Assembly (NCBI GenBank): GCA_044370795.1 | Contig: JBILUW010000001.1 | Span: 1-54,469, forward strand | Length of the DNA: 54,469 bases | Source of the DNA: Burkholderiaceae bacterium | GTDB lineage: Bacteria; Pseudomonadota; Gammaproteobacteria; Burkholderiales; Burkholderiaceae_E | Direction: 5' to 3' | Shown here: piece after piece, positions 49,525-54,469 of the stretch | Layout of the letters: each line of letters opens with the position of its first letter | Numbering within the stretch: position 1 is the first letter of the stretch | Position numbers and translations under genes: made by a program | The notes under the pieces: model-generated | Databases searched by the model: none | What the model saw: the letters and a program-made list of their open reading frames with translations, nothing else | What the model was told of the DNA's origin: nothing

Positions 49525-49604
49525 GCGCGGCGTCTGCAGGCTGGGTCGCCTCGCGGCGGCCCGGCCTCCCAACCAGCATCCCGATCCGCTACACGGAGCC
49601 CCCG

Positions 49605-50818
<1,214 letters not shown>

Positions 50819-50819
<1 letters not shown>

Positions 50820-52009
50820 TGCGCCGAGCGGCGATCCTGGGCTGGGGCGCGGTACCGGTGGGCGTGCACCAGCGCGCCGCGCCGGGCACCGATCCGGTGC
50901 TCGAGCACGAACTGGCGGTCGACGTGGTGCTGCCGGCCATGGCGATGGCCGGCCTGGCGCGCGAGGATCTCGATGGCGTGGTTGTGGCCCATCCCGGCGA
51001 CCACACGCGCCAGGGGTATTTCCACACCTTCCTCACCGCCCACTTCGGCATCCGGGCCCGCTCCACCGTCATCCAGGTGCTGGGCAACGGCATGACCGGC
51101 GGACATGCGTTCGACACCGCCGTCCACCAGATCACGAGCGGGCAGGGCGACTGCGTGCTGGCGGTGGGCGTGCACTTCGAGACCGGCGTGCCGACCGCCC
51201 GGCATCTCGACTACAGCATCCGGCTGACCGGCGACGTCGACTTCCAGTCGGTCTTCGGCGCGGTGCCCATCGCCTGGTATGCGATGGACGCGCAGCGCTA
51301 CCTGCATGAGCATCGCGTGCCGAGGGAGGTGCTCGCCAGCGTTGCCGTCAAGAACCGGCGGCACGCCGAGCACAACCCGCTTGCCCAGTACCGCACGCCG
51401 ATCAGCATCGACGACGTGCTGGCGGCGCGGCCCATCGTCGAGCCCCTGGGCCTGCTGGAGGTCCCCGGTCGCGCCGATGGAGCGGCCGCCCTCGTGGTGG
51501 TCAGCGAGGAGCTGGCGCGCGCCAGCGGGCGGCCCTATGTGCTGGTGCGCGGCCGGGGCTTCGAACATGAAGGTCTGCACCAGCTCTCCGACCGGCGCAG
51601 CGACGCCCTCGACTACGCCAGCCTGCGTGGCGCGGCCGCGCGCGCGCTCGCCAGCGCCGAGGTGGCGCTGGGCGACATGTCGCTGTATCAGCTCTATGCG
51701 CCGTGCACGATCGTCGAGGTGCTGGCAACCGAGGCGCTCGGGTTGTTCGAGCGGGGGCGTGGCGCCTGGGCGGCGCATGCAGGGCTCACCAGCATGGGCT
51801 CGAGCCATCCGGTGAACACCTGCGGCGGCCTGCTGTCGCGCGGCCATCCGCCGGAGGCCACACCGCTGTACGACATTGTCGAGGCGGTCGAGCAGCTCAC
51901 CGGCCGCGCGGGCCCCCGGCAGATCGCGGGCGCGCGCCTGGCCATGACGGTGTCGGAGCTCGGCAAGTACAACGCCGCGCTGGTCCACGTGCTGGAGGGC
52001 TGCGCATGA
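50819..52009 (+). CDS. Thiolase-fold protein (SCP2/Ltp2-like) with atypical active site
   Basis: VAVKNRRHAEHNPLAQYR; DGAAALVV; PVNTCGGLLSRGHP; QLTGRAGPRQI; start overlaps the ACAD stop. Confidence 0.88.
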
Positions 52010-52437
52010 AGCTCCTGCCGGTCGTCTCGATGGAGCCGGCCGCGCCGCGACCGTTTCCGCCAAGGGTGTCGGGCTTCACGAGGCCGTTCTGGGATGCCCT
52101 TGCCCAGGGCCGGCTGATCACGACCCGGTGCGCTACCTGCGGGACCCTCGGCTTTCCGCCGCGCAACGTATGCCGCGCCTGCTGGGGCCGGGAACCGTCG
52201 TGGGTGCCGCTTGCATCCACGGGCACCCTGTACAGCTACACGCGGGTGCACGTTGCCCCCGAAGCGTTTCGGGGAGCCGGTCCTTATTCGATCGGCCTGA
52301 TCGACCTCGACGACAGCGTGCGCCTGATGTGCAGACTGCTCGGCGACCCCACGCCAGACGATCTCGACCGGCGAGTCGAGATGGTGGTGCTCGCCTATGC
52401 CGACGGGCCGCTGTTCGCAGCCCGCCGTATCGGCTGA
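52006..52437 (+). CDS. DUF35 Zn-ribbon/OB-fold protein
   Basis: TRPFWDAL; CATCG..FPPRNVCRAC; GTLYSYT; coupled to the thiolase-like gene (ATGA overlap). Confidence 0.92.
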   Translation: MKLLPVVSMEPAAPRPFPPRVSGFTRPFWDALAQGRLITTRCATCGTLGFPPRNVCRACWGREPSWVPLASTGTLYSYTRVHVAPEAFRGAGPYSIGLIDLDDSVRLMCRLLGDPTPDDLDRRVEMVVLAYADGPLFAARRIG

Positions 52438-52438
52438 C

Positions 52439-52882
52439 TCAGTACTCGACCGCGTGACCCTTGATGTAGGTCTCGAGGTGGCGGATGTGGTCGCCCTGCT
52501 GCGCGATGATGTTCTTGACGATGTCGCCGATCGAGACCATGCCGATCACCCGACCCGCCTCAAGTACCGGCAGGTGCCGGATGCTGCGCGCGATCATGAT
52601 CTTCATGCACTGATCGAGCAGCGCCTGCTGACTGACGCTCAGGGGATCGCGGGTCATGATCTCGCTGACCGTGACCGTATTGGGGTCGAGGCCAGGCAGC
52701 AGAACCTTGATGGCGCAGTCGCCCTGGGTGACGATGCCCTTGAGCTGGTCGTCGTCGATGATGAGGACCGAGCGCACGCGGTTGTCGCGCATGGTCTGCA
52801 GCGCGCGCACGACCGTTGCCGAGGAACCGAGGGAGTGGATCTGCGGGGACTTCTGTGCGAGACAGGCTTTGACAGTCGACAT
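52439..52882 (-). CDS. CBS-domain pair protein
   Basis: GIVTQGD; VSEIMT; IRHLPV; GMVSIGDIVK; LETYI. Confidence 0.9.
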   Translation of the reverse strand: MSTVKACLAQKSPQIHSLGSSATVVRALQTMRDNRVRSVLIIDDDQLKGIVTQGDCAIKVLLPGLDPNTVTVSEIMTRDPLSVSQQALLDQCMKIMIARSIRHLPVLEAGRVIGMVSIGDIVKNIIAQQGDHIRHLETYIKGHAVEY

Positions 52883-53073
52883 GGCGGAGCCTTCTTCCGG
52901 AGGGGCGGGAGGGGAGGAGAGAGCCGACAGGCCGACTTGGCAGATCGCTCTGCCTGACGGGCTTTGTCCAGCGCTTGTCCTAGACTAAAGCCAGTGCACC
53001 GGAAAGGGGCAATACCCGAGCGCGGTGGTTGGACATCCGGAGCAGACGCGCCGAAGCGCTCGAGCCTGGCGCA

Positions 53074-53107
53074 CAAAAGACAAGGGCCCGGCGGAGCCGG
53101 GCCCTTG
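53074..53107 (-). terminator. Rho-independent terminator downstream of tRNA-Val
   Basis: CAAGGGCCCGG-cgga-g-CCGGGCCCTTG stem, followed on the minus strand by TCTTTT. Confidence 0.8.
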
Positions 53108-53117
53108 AAACGAAGTT

Positions 53118-53192
53118 TGGTGGGCGGCACAGGGTTCGAACCTGTGACCCCTGCCGTGTGAAGGCAGTGCTCTACCGCTGAGCTAGCCGCCC
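53118..53192 (-). tRNA. tRNA-Val (anticodon CAC)
   Basis: GGGCGGCTAGCTCAGCGGTAGAGCACTGCCTTCACACGGCAGGGGTCACAGGTTCGAACCCTGTGCCGCCCACCA; 75 nt, full cloverleaf, encoded CCA. Confidence 0.97.
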
Positions 53193-53205
53193 TGAGCAGG
53201 GCGCG

Positions 53206-53211
53206 AGTATA
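53206..53211 (-). promoter_or_regulatory. Candidate -10 box (TATACT) with GC-rich discriminator for tRNA-Val
   Basis: Minus strand reads GC-TATACT-CGCGCCC, 13 nt before the mature tRNA 5' end. Confidence 0.5.
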
Positions 53212-53225
53212 GCCTATCGTTGCTG

Positions 53226-54469
53226 ATGAATCAGCCGATCGCGCTCGAGGCGCTGCCCGAACAGGAACTCACGCGCGACGTGCTGCGCGAGAAGTACCTG
53301 CGCCCGGGCGAACGGGATGTGGCCGACATCAGACGGCGGGTCGCATCGGCGCTGGCGCAGGCCGAACCGCCGGCGCAGCGCGCGGCCTGGGCGCGGCGCT
53401 TCCTGCGGGCGCAGCGCCGCGGATTCATCCCGGCGGGCCGGATCAACGCAGCGGCCGGTACGCAGTCGTCGGCCACCCTGGTCAACTGTTTCGTGCAGCC
53501 GCTGGGTGATGCCCTGGAGGGCCATGACGCCAGAGGGCGCCCGGGGCTGCTGATCGCGCTCGACGAAGCTGCGCAGACGATGCGCCAGGGGGGCGGCGTC
53601 GGCTACGACTTCTCGGGCGTACGCCCGGCCGGCGCCACGCCGGTCGGCGGCGATGCGCACGGCGGGGTAGCAGCCTGCCTGCGGGCCTTCGACGCCGCTG
53701 GCGCCGCCCAGCGCCCGGTGGGCGGCCGGCGCAGCGCGCAGATGGGTGTCCTGCGCATCGATCATCCCGACGTCGATGCGTTCATCGCGGCCAAGCGCGA
53801 GGGCGCGCTGACGAGCTTCAATCTGTCGCTCGCCGTGACCGACGGATTCATGCGCGCCCTGGCCGAGGACGGCGTCTTCGAACTCGTGCACGCGGTCGCG
53901 CCGCGCGCGCCCGCAGCCGGCCGGCGCGAGGATGGCCTCTGGATCCATCGGACTGTGCGCGCGGCCGAGCTGTGGGAGCGGATCATGCGCGCCGCCTACG
54001 ACCACGCCGAGCCGGGCGTGATCTTCATCGACCGGATCGCCCGCGACAACAACCTGTCGTACTGCGAAACGATCGCTGCGACCAATCCGTGCGGCGAGCA
54101 GCCCCTGCCGGCCTACGGCGGCTGCGATCTCGGCTCGCTGAACCTGCCAGCCTTCGTCGAGGCGCCGTTCACGAGCGGCGCGCGGGTCGGCTGGGCGCGT
54201 TTGCGGCAGGTTGCGGCGGTGGCGGTGCGCGCCCTCGACAACGTGATCGATCTCGGGCGCTGGCCGTTGCGAGCGCAAGCCGACGAGGCTCGCGCCAAGC
54301 GGCGCATCGGGCTGGGGTTCACCGGGCTGGGCAGCGCGCTGGTGATGCTGGGCTTGCGCTACGACCGTGGCGAGGGGCGCGCGATGGCCGCGCGGTTCGC
54401 GCGCGAACTGCGCGACGCCGCGTGCCTGGCCTCGGTGGCGCGCGCGCGGGCGCGCGGGCCGGGGCCGGG
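53226..54469 (+). CDS. nrdJ: Class II (adenosylcobalamin-dependent) ribonucleotide reductase, 3'-truncated by window edge
   Basis: Absent from the ORF track because it has no stop in the window. My translation: MNQPIALEALPEQ...FIPAGRI...TLVNCFV...TMRQGGGVGYDFS...AQMGVLRIDHPD...EPGVIFIDR...ATNPCGEQPLPAYGGCDLGSLNL...RRIGLGFTGLG; frame checked at several points. Confidence 0.9.
   Translation, partial: MNQPIALEALPEQELTRDVLREKYLRPGERDVADIRRRVASALAQAEPPAQRAAWARRFLRAQRRGFIPAGRINAAAGTQSSATLVNCFVQPLGDALEGHDARGRPGLLIALDEAAQTMRQGGGVGYDFSGVRPAGATPVGGDAHGGVAACLRAFDAAGAAQRPVGGRRSAQMGVLRIDHPDVDAFIAAKREGALTSFNLSLAVTDGFMRALAEDGVFELVHAVAPRAPAAGRREDGLWIHRTVRAAELWERIMRAAYDHAEPGVIFIDRIARDNNLSYCETIAATNPCGEQPLPAYGGCDLGSLNLPAFVEAPFTSGARVGWARLRQVAAVAVRALDNVIDLGRWPLRAQADEARAKRRIGLGFTGLGSALVMLGLRYDRGEGRAMAARFARELRDAACLASVARARARGPGP

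Noticed and set aside
52964-53161. 65-aa ORF next to the CBS gene
   Set aside because: It overlaps the tRNA and its terminator on the opposite strand and has no coding features.
53214-54278. 354-aa minus-strand ORF
   Set aside because: Antisense to the plus-strand nrdJ, which carries all the catalytic motifs.
54440-54469. Low-complexity GC run at the window end as a frameshift or pseudogene signal in nrdJ
   Set aside because: The frame stays open to the edge; too little sequence remains to judge, and it may be contig-end noise.

Overview
High-GC betaproteobacterial (Burkholderiaceae-like) chromosomal window, almost fully coding. I see no transposase, integrase, prophage or CRISPR array. From left to right it holds: (1) a type II secretion cluster gspG(partial)-H-I-J-K-L-M-N-D-E-F; (2) a convergent AttE/FG/H-like module (LolD-type ATPase, double-FtsX permease, lipocalin-like protein); (3) fabI, an exbB-exbD-exbD-tonB cluster with no receptor, mltD, gloB, a yafS-like methyltransferase, rnhA, an aminotransferase, an RND efflux pair and dnaQ; (4) a compact four-gene accessory operon (29160-33539) encoding a secreted PA14-domain protein with a variant PEP-CTERM-type tail, PgaD-like and PgaC-like synthase subunits and a TPR/beta-barrel outer-membrane protein, with no PgaB deacetylase and preceded by a perfect 8-8-8 inverted repeat. 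This operon is the best candidate for an undescribed system. (5) A DUF2863-like gene, then about 17.5 kb of regulator-free catabolic genes, including an alkyl sulfatase, a PRISE-type reductase, a CoA ligase, an ACAD10/11-type dehydrogenase and a thiolase-fold protein lacking the catalytic Cys paired with DUF35. (6) A CBS protein, tRNA-Val(CAC) and the 5' part of a class II (B12) ribonucleotide reductase, which the ORF track misses. All calls come from motif recognition by eye; no database searches were run.
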